This document shows, piece after piece, positions 30,272 to 39,443 of a stretch of 64,000 nucleotides of DNA; within the stretch, counting starts at the first letter, position 1, and each line of letters opens with the position of its first letter. The translations under genes were made by a program, and so were the position numbers. The notes under the pieces are model-generated. The model saw only the letters and a program-made list of their open reading frames with translations. It was not told the DNA's origin and made no database searches. The DNA comes from an uncultured archaeon (GTDB lineage Archaea > Asgardarchaeota > Heimdallarchaeia > Heimdallarchaeales > Heimdallarchaeaceae), in contig CAZHRF010000002.1 in the NCBI GenBank assembly GCA_964534625.1, positions 85,711 to 149,710 of the forward strand, read 5' to 3'.

Positions 30272-30322
30272 GAAAAAAATGAAAAATGAAAAAATAAAAT
30301 GAAAAAATAAAATGAAAAAAAA
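30272..30322 (-). terminator. T-rich tract with short repeats after the S8 protease; likely archaeal terminator
   Basis: Repeated aatgaaaaaataa-like units on +, giving poly-T runs on - immediately after the stop. Confidence 0.4.
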
Positions 30323-33300
30323 TTATCTTTTTTTACGTCTTATTTGTTTTGCTAATACTGATATTGCAGCTAATCCAATGAAGAGTCCAATTGAGCCAAA
30401 ATGTGTTTCTTTAGGTTCTTCACCTACTTTGATGATATATCTGACATCTAATTTATTTCCAGTAATGTCAGTTGCGGTTATATCTAAGATATTGGATCCG
30501 TCAATTAGGTCTTTTTTAAATATTGAAACTACACGTGTTTGTGATGTTACTTTAGTAACTGTTAAACTTTCTTCGTTCAATGTTGCTTTGACAGAAGCCA
30601 ATCCCATATCATCAAAAATGGTAAATTCAATTGTAGCTAAGTCTGTAGCAGTATTGTTCTCGAATCCTTCAGTATATGAAACGCTAGGTGCTGTAGTATC
30701 ATACATGAATTTAGCCAAGTATTTATCATCCTCAGTTATAACTTCAAAAGTATAATAACCATCTTGTTCATATATTAAGGAATAACTATATTGTCCAGTT
30801 GAATCTTCAGTTAGATCTACATTAGTGGTAGTTGTGGTTCCTGTTCCATCAGTAACATGCACATATGCTTGATAAAATATCTCTGGGGGATTAAATGTAA
30901 TATTAAAATCTACTCCCGTACTGGTTTCTATATAGGTTCCTGTTGTCCTATTGTTAGCTGTTAACCAATTAAATGTTTGTAGACCAAATAAATCGTTCTG
31001 AGTTCCCGGATTATTGTCATTGATGAAACCCGCAGTATCTATGTGGAAGTTGGTAGTTGATATGACAACCCTTGATCCTATTGGACTTTCCCAGGCCGAT
31101 GCAACTGGTTTTCCATCCCATGAAGAGAGCACAGTACTGTTACCTGTTTCATCAAGAAAAGTACCATAGTGATCTATTTTTGTAACACCTTCAGTAATCG
31201 CATGAATATTAGTGGTGCTAGCGGTAACAACATCCATATCTGTTGAATAGTACGAATCTGATACACTCACCCCATAGGGTTTTAATAATTCATTTGTCAT
31301 TGAAATATTATTTCCAAATACAAGACCATAGTCAGTATTATAATATTTACCAAGTAGATTAACGTATAAACCTCCTCCATTTTCGACAAAGTTATGAATT
31401 GCATCTATTTCTGATTCTGTTAATGGATTATGCGTGTCTGAATAACTATTCGGAAAATTAGGGTATTGAAGATTAAACGGATCAGCAAACCATATCATAT
31501 CATAACCATCTAATAAGTCTGAGGTAATAGTAGCACTTGTATAAGAGTTGACAGCTATACCTAGATCTTTTAAACCTTCAATGAAATGTCTATATTGACC
31601 CAAATAGTGATCGCTGCCCCAATTTGTATGCATCTTTGCATAAAAAACTTTTTTTATACCTCTGATAACTTCAAATTCTAGATGGGTCTCTGCAGTAACA
31701 CCTGCAGCTGTTTCAAATGTAATAATACCCGAATATACACCTAACGCAATCTCACTAGGAACATCAATCACGAGTTCATAGTTTTTAGTCCAGTTGGGAG
31801 AAGCAGATGTGGTGTTAAGTAAGCTAACTATCTCGGTTATATTACCTGTCAAAACAGGAGGAAGATCTTCATCTGGTGTTGATGAAACAGATTGGACATA
31901 TAGTTCTGCATGAAAACCTTGAGGTAGTGCATAGTATTCTTCTACCGGCATTTCAGGCACTGCCCACATTAGGACAGGAAAATCAGAACCATTAGTTGGT
32001 GCAGTTCTTACTGCGTGAAATGCGTCTCCAATATCAGCTAGTCCAGCACCAAAGGTAAGATAATTTTCATTTGGCTTTTGCGTAGCTGTAAGCATCATAG
32101 CAGCTTTTATTAAACCTGGATCGTAAGAAATTGTCTTTGCATTAAGTGCTTGTACTAATACATTCGTTGCACCAGCAATATGTGGTGAAGCCATTGATGT
32201 ACCTTGAAGTGAAGCATATGCAGTAGACGAATCAATATAAGGTGCCCAAATATTTACACCTGGTGCTGCAATATCTGGTTTTGGAAAACCATCGGCAGAA
32301 GGACCTATAGAGCTGAAATAAGCTCGGCTATTCGTAAGACCCAATGCAGCAACCGCAATGCAATCTGCAGCGGTAGCTGGGGTTCCTACAGTGTAATACC
32401 CATTAGCTCCTGAATTACCAGCTGAAGAAGCCACAGTAATACCTGATTTAGTAGTCTCACGTATCACTCTTTCAAGCAAATCTTCTCCCTCTCTATCTCC
32501 GCCACCAATACTGAGATTAATGGCATCAACTTTATCAAGACTAATGGCATAATCAAATGAAGCTACTAGTCCGGGGTTGGTTATTACATCACGTGTACTT
32601 CCATCACCTCGCCCAACTCTGCCAACAATAATCTCAGCTGATGGTGCCATACCTATGTAATCGGAATTTGCTTTTCCGGCACCCGCTGCGGTTCCTGCAA
32701 CGTGGGTTCCATGTCCTCCAATATCATCTATTGACGGATCATTTTCAGGATAACCATATTGTGACAAGATAAAAGATTTACTGTCTGCTGTGTTAATTCT
32801 GTCCCCAAAATCAACATGATCTTGATTAATCCCTGTGTCAATAATCATAATAATTGTGTTTTTTCCATTATACCCTTCATCCCAAAGACCACTAACGTTG
32901 ATAGCACCTGCTGTATTCACAGTATGCTTTATGCCTTCAGGAGTGGATAGTGTGTATATTGGTTCTTGAATTGGTTTAAGGGTTTCAAAACGTGTGTTTG
33001 TGACATCAATTACCTTTTCAACTCCAGGAATGCTTTGTAATTCTTCCTTCTTACTCAACATCTCATCGACAAAGACCATTTTTACATTATGAAAAACATG
33101 CTTTGGTTCGTTATTAATGAGAAATTCATTTAAATATTCATTTGATGTGAAATGAATAACAAAATTCCTTTCACTATCAATAAAGGGTTGAGAGAGATCT
33201 CTATTTAAACTATTATCGTGTTGTTCAACAATAACTGTCGCCTTTGGTGTGGGACCTAATCTCATCCCCATTTGTAAGGCAAAAATTGACAGCAATATGA

Positions 33301-33337
33301 AACCTAACACTAATTTCGTACTTCGGTTCATAGACAC
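30323..33337 (-). CDS. Membrane-anchored S8 subtilase, site-1 protease (SKI-1/MBTPS1)-like architecture
   Basis: Signal peptide and prodomain; IIDTG, GHGTHVAG, SAGN, GTSMASP catalytic motifs; downstream Ig-like and GATase-like (DUF4350-type) domain; C-terminal TM plus RRKKR. Confidence 0.85.
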   Translation of the reverse strand: MSMNRSTKLVLGFILLSIFALQMGMRLGPTPKATVIVEQHDNSLNRDLSQPFIDSERNFVIHFTSNEYLNEFLINNEPKHVFHNVKMVFVDEMLSKKEELQSIPGVEKVIDVTNTRFETLKPIQEPIYTLSTPEGIKHTVNTAGAINVSGLWDEGYNGKNTIIMIIDTGINQDHVDFGDRINTADSKSFILSQYGYPENDPSIDDIGGHGTHVAGTAAGAGKANSDYIGMAPSAEIIVGRVGRGDGSTRDVITNPGLVASFDYAISLDKVDAINLSIGGGDREGEDLLERVIRETTKSGITVASSAGNSGANGYYTVGTPATAADCIAVAALGLTNSRAYFSSIGPSADGFPKPDIAAPGVNIWAPYIDSSTAYASLQGTSMASPHIAGATNVLVQALNAKTISYDPGLIKAAMMLTATQKPNENYLTFGAGLADIGDAFHAVRTAPTNGSDFPVLMWAVPEMPVEEYYALPQGFHAELYVQSVSSTPDEDLPPVLTGNITEIVSLLNTTSASPNWTKNYELVIDVPSEIALGVYSGIITFETAAGVTAETHLEFEVIRGIKKVFYAKMHTNWGSDHYLGQYRHFIEGLKDLGIAVNSYTSATITSDLLDGYDMIWFADPFNLQYPNFPNSYSDTHNPLTESEIDAIHNFVENGGGLYVNLLGKYYNTDYGLVFGNNISMTNELLKPYGVSVSDSYYSTDMDVVTASTTNIHAITEGVTKIDHYGTFLDETGNSTVLSSWDGKPVASAWESPIGSRVVISTTNFHIDTAGFINDNNPGTQNDLFGLQTFNWLTANNRTTGTYIETSTGVDFNITFNPPEIFYQAYVHVTDGTGTTTTTNVDLTEDSTGQYSYSLIYEQDGYYTFEVITEDDKYLAKFMYDTTAPSVSYTEGFENNTATDLATIEFTIFDDMGLASVKATLNEESLTVTKVTSQTRVVSIFKKDLIDGSNILDITATDITGNKLDVRYIIKVGEEPKETHFGSIGLFIGLAAISVLAKQIRRKKR

Positions 33338-33487
33338 GTCTTAGTTCATCCATTCATAAATTTTTTCTAGTGGTGTTTTATTAATTATTTCAGCTTTTTA
33401 TAGCGCATTTCATGGTAAACATTTAATTAGGCTGACAAAAAACAGAAGATAGAGATAAATAACATGGGTTTATCATAAACACATAGG

Positions 33488-33538
33488 ACAATGAATGATT
33501 TGGGAATAGAATAACAATGAATAATCTGGGAATAGAAT
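33488..33538 (+). repeat. 26-bp-period direct repeat duplicating the HMG-CoA synthase start; creates uORF MNDLGIE* (33491-33514)
   Basis: acaatgaatgatttgggaatagaat versus acaatgaataatctgggaatagaat. Confidence 0.85.
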
Positions 33539-34557
33539 CTTATGGTATATATATACCAATATATCGGATTTCAATTGAAGAGATTGCAAAAATATGGGAT
33601 GAAGATGCAACAGAGTTGAAATCCCAATTACAAGTATTTAGTAAATCAGTACCCGCAAATGATGAAGATGTTGTAACCATGGCAGTAGAAGCAACAAAAA
33701 ATGCAATTAGCATTTGGTCTGGTGATTCCAAAGATATTGGAGCTCTTTATGCTGGGAGTGAATCTCATCCTTATGCAGTAAAACCAACAGCTACTATTGT
33801 TGGTGCTGCTATTGATGCTGAACCAACTTATACTGCTGCAGACTTAGAATTTGCTTGTAAAGCTGGAACTGCAGGTATACAGATGTGTATTGGTCTAATT
33901 GCGTCCAACATAATTAAGAAGGGAATAGCTATTGGAGCTGACAGTAGTCAAGCAAAACCAAGTGATCCTTTGGAATATACTGCTGGTGCGGGTGCTGCTG
34001 CCTTCATTATTGGTAAAGACAAAGTAATTGCCAATCTAGATGGGACATATTCGGTGACAACTGATACCCCCGATTTTTGGAGAAGAGAAGAAGCTGCCTA
34101 TCCATCTCATGGTCAACGTTTTACAGGAAAACCAGCTTATTTTCGACATGTTATTGATGCTACAAAGGGTTTAATGGAAAAATTAAATAGTTCTCCTGAT
34201 GATTATGATCATGTAACTTTTCATCAACCAAATGCAAAATTTCCTCTTGCAGTAGCCAAAATGTTAGGGTTTTCAAAGGAACAAATAATGGGCAGTTTGG
34301 CATGTCAATATATTGGTAATACATATTCTGGATCCTCTATGATAGGATTAGCAGCTATACTTGATGAAGCAAAACCAGGAGAAAAAGTATTGATGACTTC
34401 ATATGGGAGTGGAGCGGGTAGTGATGCTTTTGCTTTTACAATTACTGATGAAATAGCTGAAATTACCTCGGAAAATACTGTTAAGAAGTATATAGAGAAA
34501 AAAAAAGAGATCACATATGGAGAATATGCAAAATTAAAAGGTATATTAAAGGTGTAA
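33517..34557 (+). CDS. mvaS: Hydroxymethylglutaryl-CoA synthase (archaeal type)
   Basis: GSESHPYAVKP, DLEFACKAGT, DTPDFWRR, FHQPN, IGNTYSG, SYGSGAGSD. Confidence 0.96.
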   Translation: MNNLGIESYGIYIPIYRISIEEIAKIWDEDATELKSQLQVFSKSVPANDEDVVTMAVEATKNAISIWSGDSKDIGALYAGSESHPYAVKPTATIVGAAIDAEPTYTAADLEFACKAGTAGIQMCIGLIASNIIKKGIAIGADSSQAKPSDPLEYTAGAGAAAFIIGKDKVIANLDGTYSVTTDTPDFWRREEAAYPSHGQRFTGKPAYFRHVIDATKGLMEKLNSSPDDYDHVTFHQPNAKFPLAVAKMLGFSKEQIMGSLACQYIGNTYSGSSMIGLAAILDEAKPGEKVLMTSYGSGAGSDAFAFTITDEIAEITSENTVKKYIEKKKEITYGEYAKLKGILKV

Positions 34558-34560
34558 TTG

Positions 34561-35730
34561 ATGAACAAAGTATATGTTATAGGTTATGGTTTAACAACTT
34601 TTGGAGAACATTATGAGAAAGATGGAGCTGAGTTAGCAACAGAAGCTGTAAACTCTGCAATAGATGATAATAATATCTACAAAGAAGAAATAGACATGGC
34701 ATATTTTGGTACAATTAACTCTCCCGCTGATTATATGTCTTCAGTCCAATTTCACGCTCTCAAAAATTGTGGTTTAAAGATACCCTCGATCAGAATAGAA
34801 GCTGGAAATGCAAGTGGAGCTGCTGCTTTTAAACAAGCCTATTATTCAGTTAAAGGTGCAGCCACTGATTTAATTGTGGTGATAGGTGTAGAAAAATTAT
34901 CTGATTTTGTAAAACCCGAAATGATGGAAGAAATTGCAGCAAATACAATAGATTATCAATGGGAATATGAGATGGGGGCAACAGTAACGAGTCTCTATTC
35001 ATTAATAACTCAAGCTCACATGGAAAAACATGGTACAACTATGGAAGAGTTGGCTGCAATCCCAAGTAAAAATCATGCGCATGGTGTGAATAATCCTAAT
35101 GCCCAATTTCGTAGGGCTCTGTCAGCTGATAAATTCTTGAATGCAAAAAGAATAGCTGATCCAATAGGTAGATTTGATTTGGCAACACCATGTGATGGAG
35201 CTGTAGCTATCATTTTGGCATCTCAAGATTATGTTGAAAAAAACAATATAGAAAAAAAAGTGCCTGTGTTAGCGTCAACACAAGCATCTGATTATCTTGC
35301 ATTACATGATAGAAAAAGATTAGATGAATTTATTGCAACTAAAATAGCTGCAGATAAAGCATATAAACAAGCTGAGATTGGTCCGACTAAAATATCGTTT
35401 GCTGAAGTGCATGATTCTTATCCAATAGGTGAAATTCTTTCTTTAGAAGATTTGGGGTTTTTTGATAAAGGACAAGCTGCAAAAGCAGCAATTAACGGTA
35501 TTACTCATATTGGAGGAGAAAAACCAATTAACCCTAGTGGAGGATTAAAAGCACGTGGTGATCCTTATGGGGCAACGGGGTTGGCTCAAATAGTAGAAGT
35601 TGTCCAACAGCTACAAGGTAAGGCAGAAAAAAGGCAAATAGATGATGCAAAATATGGGTTAGCCCAAAATGTGTATGGAACAGGTGCAATGACATTTGTG
35701 CATATATTAGGTAAGGAGGAGATTCGATAA
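34561..35730 (+). CDS. Thiolase-fold protein of the HMGCS-thiolase-DUF35 triad, catalytic residues substituted
   Basis: Thiolase motifs KNH, DGA, INPSGGLKARG and GATG are present, but EAGNASG, HDSY and GDP replace EAACASG, HDCF and GHP. Confidence 0.9.
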   Translation: MNKVYVIGYGLTTFGEHYEKDGAELATEAVNSAIDDNNIYKEEIDMAYFGTINSPADYMSSVQFHALKNCGLKIPSIRIEAGNASGAAAFKQAYYSVKGAATDLIVVIGVEKLSDFVKPEMMEEIAANTIDYQWEYEMGATVTSLYSLITQAHMEKHGTTMEELAAIPSKNHAHGVNNPNAQFRRALSADKFLNAKRIADPIGRFDLATPCDGAVAIILASQDYVEKNNIEKKVPVLASTQASDYLALHDRKRLDEFIATKIAADKAYKQAEIGPTKISFAEVHDSYPIGEILSLEDLGFFDKGQAAKAAINGITHIGGEKPINPSGGLKARGDPYGATGLAQIVEVVQQLQGKAEKRQIDDAKYGLAQNVYGTGAMTFVHILGKEEIR

Positions 35731-36122
35731 TGAAACAACCACCAAAAATTTGGAGAGAGAGAAGACAAAGATATTTTATGGAAGGAATACGCTGTAATAA
35801 GTGTGGAAAAAAAACTTTCCCATCTGCAAGTTTCTGTCCAGAATGTGGAAGTGAAAATTTAACCCCCTATAAACTGGAAGAAAAAGGAAAAATACTCTAT
35901 TTTACAATTAGCCGAATTAATACTCAAAATATAATTCGTGCTACATCTAGCATACTAGCTTTAATTGAATTAGATGATGGGTTAAAGATCACTGCACAAA
36001 TAGTGGATATTGATCCTGATAATGTAAAAAGAGGGATGAGAGTTAAAAATGTGTTCCGAATATTGTCAAAAGATGAGAAAGATGGATTAATACAATATGG
36101 ATTAAAATTTAGTCCAGTCTAA
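35730..36122 (+). CDS. DUF35 Zn-ribbon/OB-fold scaffold protein
   Basis: CNKCG...CPECG, GMRV...FR, IQYGLKF; overlaps the thiolase stop. Confidence 0.93.
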   Translation: MKQPPKIWRERRQRYFMEGIRCNKCGKKTFPSASFCPECGSENLTPYKLEEKGKILYFTISRINTQNIIRATSSILALIELDDGLKITAQIVDIDPDNVKRGMRVKNVFRILSKDEKDGLIQYGLKFSPV

Positions 36123-37485
36123 TATTCATTATTGATTGGATCTTTAAGCCTTCTTTCTTTATTTTATCTTTTATAACTTGAATTTCTTGATTATACTCTT
36201 GCTGTATACCATGCTTGAAAGCATGGATTCCTCCTTGATGTAAATCATTGAGTACAATAATTCCCCAGCCACAACCATTCTTTTCTTCGTTACAATATTT
36301 GCAATACGAATTGTCTTTGGAAATTTCAACTTCAATATTGAGCTCTTGTAGCAAGTAATCAGGTATGTTATTTTGAACAGAAGAACTTTGATCACAGAAA
36401 GGACATTTTTCAGAGAACATATCACGAATTCTTCTTTTTGCTTCATCAAAAACAGAATTGAAAAAGTAACCTGTGGATGATTTTAATAACTCAGACATTG
36501 AAGTATCGGAAATTTCTGTAAGTTTTCCTATTTCTCCAATTTCATCAACATCAGCAATTTCTATCAAATTTTCAAATCCTTTAACGGTCGTCTTAATAAC
36601 TATAGGGCTATCAAAAGTTTCACGAACTTTTGCGCTGTCATTTGGTATATATGGTTTGATATAATTTTCATTTTTATCTTCAGTAATAATGTTGAAAAAT
36701 ACTGCATTGATCATTTCAGGAAATTTGGCTTGTTTTAGACTATAATGATGTACAGCATAATCCATGAGTTTTGGATGAATTAGTTCGTCTTCTTCGTCGA
36801 TTAAAAATATCATTATTACCTCATTTTTTGTTAAATTAACAGCAAGAGGAGGTAAGGTTGGTTTATCAAGATGTAATGTTTTTAGGATTCCCATACGTTT
36901 GGATGCCAAAATTGCTTCAATTTCCTTTACTGTATTTACAATATGTTCATCAATGATATTTTCTTGTGGTTCAGAAACCTCAAATCCTTGTTCTAAAATT
37001 GAATGAGCGAAATCATCATTCCAATAATTTTTCATCCATTCCCAGGGGATAAATATAACATTCTTCTTCTTATACCATAATTTGGTTTTTCTTGTTTCTC
37101 CATCATAGTAATAGAAAAGTGGATGATTACGAGAAGCTTTTTCCATTATAATAATAGGTACGGCTTTTAACCCTTGAAATTCTTTACAATTTTCTTCATC
37201 AACCCCCTCATGTAAAGCTTTAATGCAACTTAATAATTTTAAAGCGGGTTCCTGAAGTTTTTTTTCTATTTGATCATCACTTCCAGTAAAAGGATCACTA
37301 GCAGAGCCACTCCTAGCGCGAATACATAAAAGTAAATCATCTTTGTACGCACACATTATTACTCTTTTGTAACTTTCATAATAATCGACACCTTTAGTAT
37401 AAATCTGACACATATTAACTCTGAACCCTTTATCTTGAAGAAAAGCTTCAATAAGATTCATGAAGTTCGATTTGAACAAACTCAT
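36109..37485 (-). CDS. Hypothetical protein with C-terminal CxxC...CxxC motif
   Basis: 458-aa ORF; CPFC and CKYC near the C-terminus. Confidence 0.6.
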   Translation of the reverse strand: MSLFKSNFMNLIEAFLQDKGFRVNMCQIYTKGVDYYESYKRVIMCAYKDDLLLCIRARSGSASDPFTGSDDQIEKKLQEPALKLLSCIKALHEGVDEENCKEFQGLKAVPIIIMEKASRNHPLFYYYDGETRKTKLWYKKKNVIFIPWEWMKNYWNDDFAHSILEQGFEVSEPQENIIDEHIVNTVKEIEAILASKRMGILKTLHLDKPTLPPLAVNLTKNEVIMIFLIDEEDELIHPKLMDYAVHHYSLKQAKFPEMINAVFFNIITEDKNENYIKPYIPNDSAKVRETFDSPIVIKTTVKGFENLIEIADVDEIGEIGKLTEISDTSMSELLKSSTGYFFNSVFDEAKRRIRDMFSEKCPFCDQSSSVQNNIPDYLLQELNIEVEISKDNSYCKYCNEEKNGCGWGIIVLNDLHQGGIHAFKHGIQQEYNQEIQVIKDKIKKEGLKIQSIMNIRLD

Positions 37486-37530
37486 AGCTTAATAATGTCT
37501 ACATCAAAAATAAATGTTACCCTCGAAAAT

Positions 37531-38031
37531 TTATTCCATAGGAAACAAACTAATAATATATTGAGCTATTCGTAAACTGTCTGATCTGTCTTCAGAAACA
37601 TCTAGCTCAATTGAACTACAAACTACATGTGGATGTATCTGAAAAATGATTTCATTTTCTTCTGATATTCGTGTTGCAAAAGGATAAATTCTGCAAGCCA
37701 AAGGTTTGAATTGATGGATTTTGCACATTTTATCTTCTGTGAGAAATACACAATCATTTATGAACGGCTTTTTTCTCATAATATAGGCTTTAACAAATTT
37801 ATCTCTAATATTTTTACTTTTAATCAGTACAGGACTGATCTCTTCAAGAATTTGATCAATATCAATTCCTAATTGTTGTATACGTGATATGTCTTTATCT
37901 GTTACTGGAATGCGATTAACTTCGCAACATAAAGCACAATTGGAACATTCAAAAGAGATATGTCTGAGAACTACAATCTGTCCATTTTTATTTAATTTAG
38001 CAAACGAAATATTAGCAATGTCTTGTTCCAT
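37531..38031 (-). CDS. YkgJ family cysteine-cluster (CxxCxxCC) protein
   Basis: FECSNCALCC, CVFL, CKIH..KPLACRIYPF; ATG 38031 preferred (longest ORF to 38070). Confidence 0.9.
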   Translation of the reverse strand: MEQDIANISFAKLNKNGQIVVLRHISFECSNCALCCEVNRIPVTDKDISRIQQLGIDIDQILEEISPVLIKSKNIRDKFVKAYIMRKKPFINDCVFLTEDKMCKIHQFKPLACRIYPFATRISEENEIIFQIHPHVVCSSIELDVSEDRSDSLRIAQYIISLFPME

Positions 38032-38163
38032 TATAAAACAAAAAACCATTGTAAATATAAAGGCAATCATTAGTCACTGAACTACTCCACCCCAAGTGAG
38101 TGAGCATTCTGGCTAGGCAAGGTAAAATATCCGTGAATCGAATTTTTCGTTTTTTGGTAGAAA

Positions 38164-39381
38164 CTATGGTTCGGCTTGGAGTAGGTTATAAAGCCAAGGA
38201 TTTAAAGCTGAGGTTAAATCACGAATAATCATATCATTAATTGAAGCTGATTTTGCTGAACCACTTCGCCAAAAAATTGTGTACCCTTCACTTCTAGGCA
38301 AATAGACCTTTTGAACAATTAAGCTCCCTTCAGGATTCATGATGTCTCTTTTTAATAGTAAAGATGTAAAAGACTGTGTATTTTTTTCGGTTACTTCATG
38401 ATATGCTGAATATACATGTGATAGTACCATACTATGTTGTTTTTCAGAAATATATAAACCAATTAGAAGTCCTTTATCATCTAAAAGCGTCAACCCATCA
38501 AAATCATTAGCCACAGCAAATTCTTCCAATAAACTATTAATCAGTGAAAACACAGGAAATATTCTAGTTAAACCTTTAGCCATGCTTACATAGATGCTTG
38601 ATGGTGTGAATATGCTCGTGTAATGTATGTCATAAGCTAATTCATCGAAATGCTTAATTTTCTCTTTGATTTTTTCAACTAATATTGGTGCTTTGTGTTT
38701 AAGTATATAGGCTTTATCTTGGTCATATTTGTGGATTAATATAGATAGCTCTGGTGCCTCGTTAAGATATCTATATATGGAGAGGATTCTAATCAAGTAA
38801 TCAATTGAGGTTTGATAATTGTCTTCATCTTGGATATCGACTACATAAAATACAATCTTTGCATTTGCAAAGTATAATTCAGGTTTTTCTAAGTAAGCAT
38901 CGCGGAATGTTTTTTGTCCTCCCATATCAGTCACACGTAAAGGGATTCCAGCCAATTTAAGAACTTCTGGTTTGGCACCAAGAGTGGGAGAGGGACTACG
39001 ATAGATGGCTTTAAGGCGATCAATTATACTGGTTTTACCTGCCTCAGATAATCCTGTAAAAATGATTTTACCATGTTGTTCCACCCCCTCTGCTCTGTTA
39101 ATAATTATTTTAGATGCTATTGACCATTTTGTAGTAAGTTTTCTTGAAATTCCTAGATTTTTTTTCTTATCAACATCAGGCAAATCTTTAATCTTCTTAA
39201 TTCCTTTTTCTTTCAATATAGATGCATAAGTTGGTCCAATGCCTCGTAATTTGGAAACATCTAAACGAACGACATCGATTAAACTAAGTTTTGAGAAATC
39301 TTCGATACCAGTTAGCAAGAATTTGATATTATCTGGAATCACTTTTACACACTCTATACTTATTCTAATATCATTAGACAA
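38164..39381 (-). CDS. Rag/Arf-like small GTPase with N-terminal helix-hairpin-helix and C-terminal roadblock-like domain
   Basis: LRGIGPTYA (HhH); GLSEAGKTS, PTLG, DMGGQ, HKYD, TSIF; C-terminal LTLLDDKGLLIG. Confidence 0.8.
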   Translation of the reverse strand: MSNDIRISIECVKVIPDNIKFLLTGIEDFSKLSLIDVVRLDVSKLRGIGPTYASILKEKGIKKIKDLPDVDKKKNLGISRKLTTKWSIASKIIINRAEGVEQHGKIIFTGLSEAGKTSIIDRLKAIYRSPSPTLGAKPEVLKLAGIPLRVTDMGGQKTFRDAYLEKPELYFANAKIVFYVVDIQDEDNYQTSIDYLIRILSIYRYLNEAPELSILIHKYDQDKAYILKHKAPILVEKIKEKIKHFDELAYDIHYTSIFTPSSIYVSMAKGLTRIFPVFSLINSLLEEFAVANDFDGLTLLDDKGLLIGLYISEKQHSMVLSHVYSAYHEVTEKNTQSFTSLLLKRDIMNPEGSLIVQKVYLPRSEGYTIFWRSGSAKSASINDMIIRDLTSALNPWLYNLLQAEP

Positions 39382-39443
39382 GTGTTATTTTAAGTATTAT
39401 GCAATTCCCCAATAATTTAAATATACTGTATTATTTTTTGCAT

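Noticed and set aside
38061-38090. Fluoride riboswitch-like 3' motif (ACTAATGATTGCCT on the minus strand)
   Set aside because: The matching 5' GGYGATGG pseudoknot strand is absent
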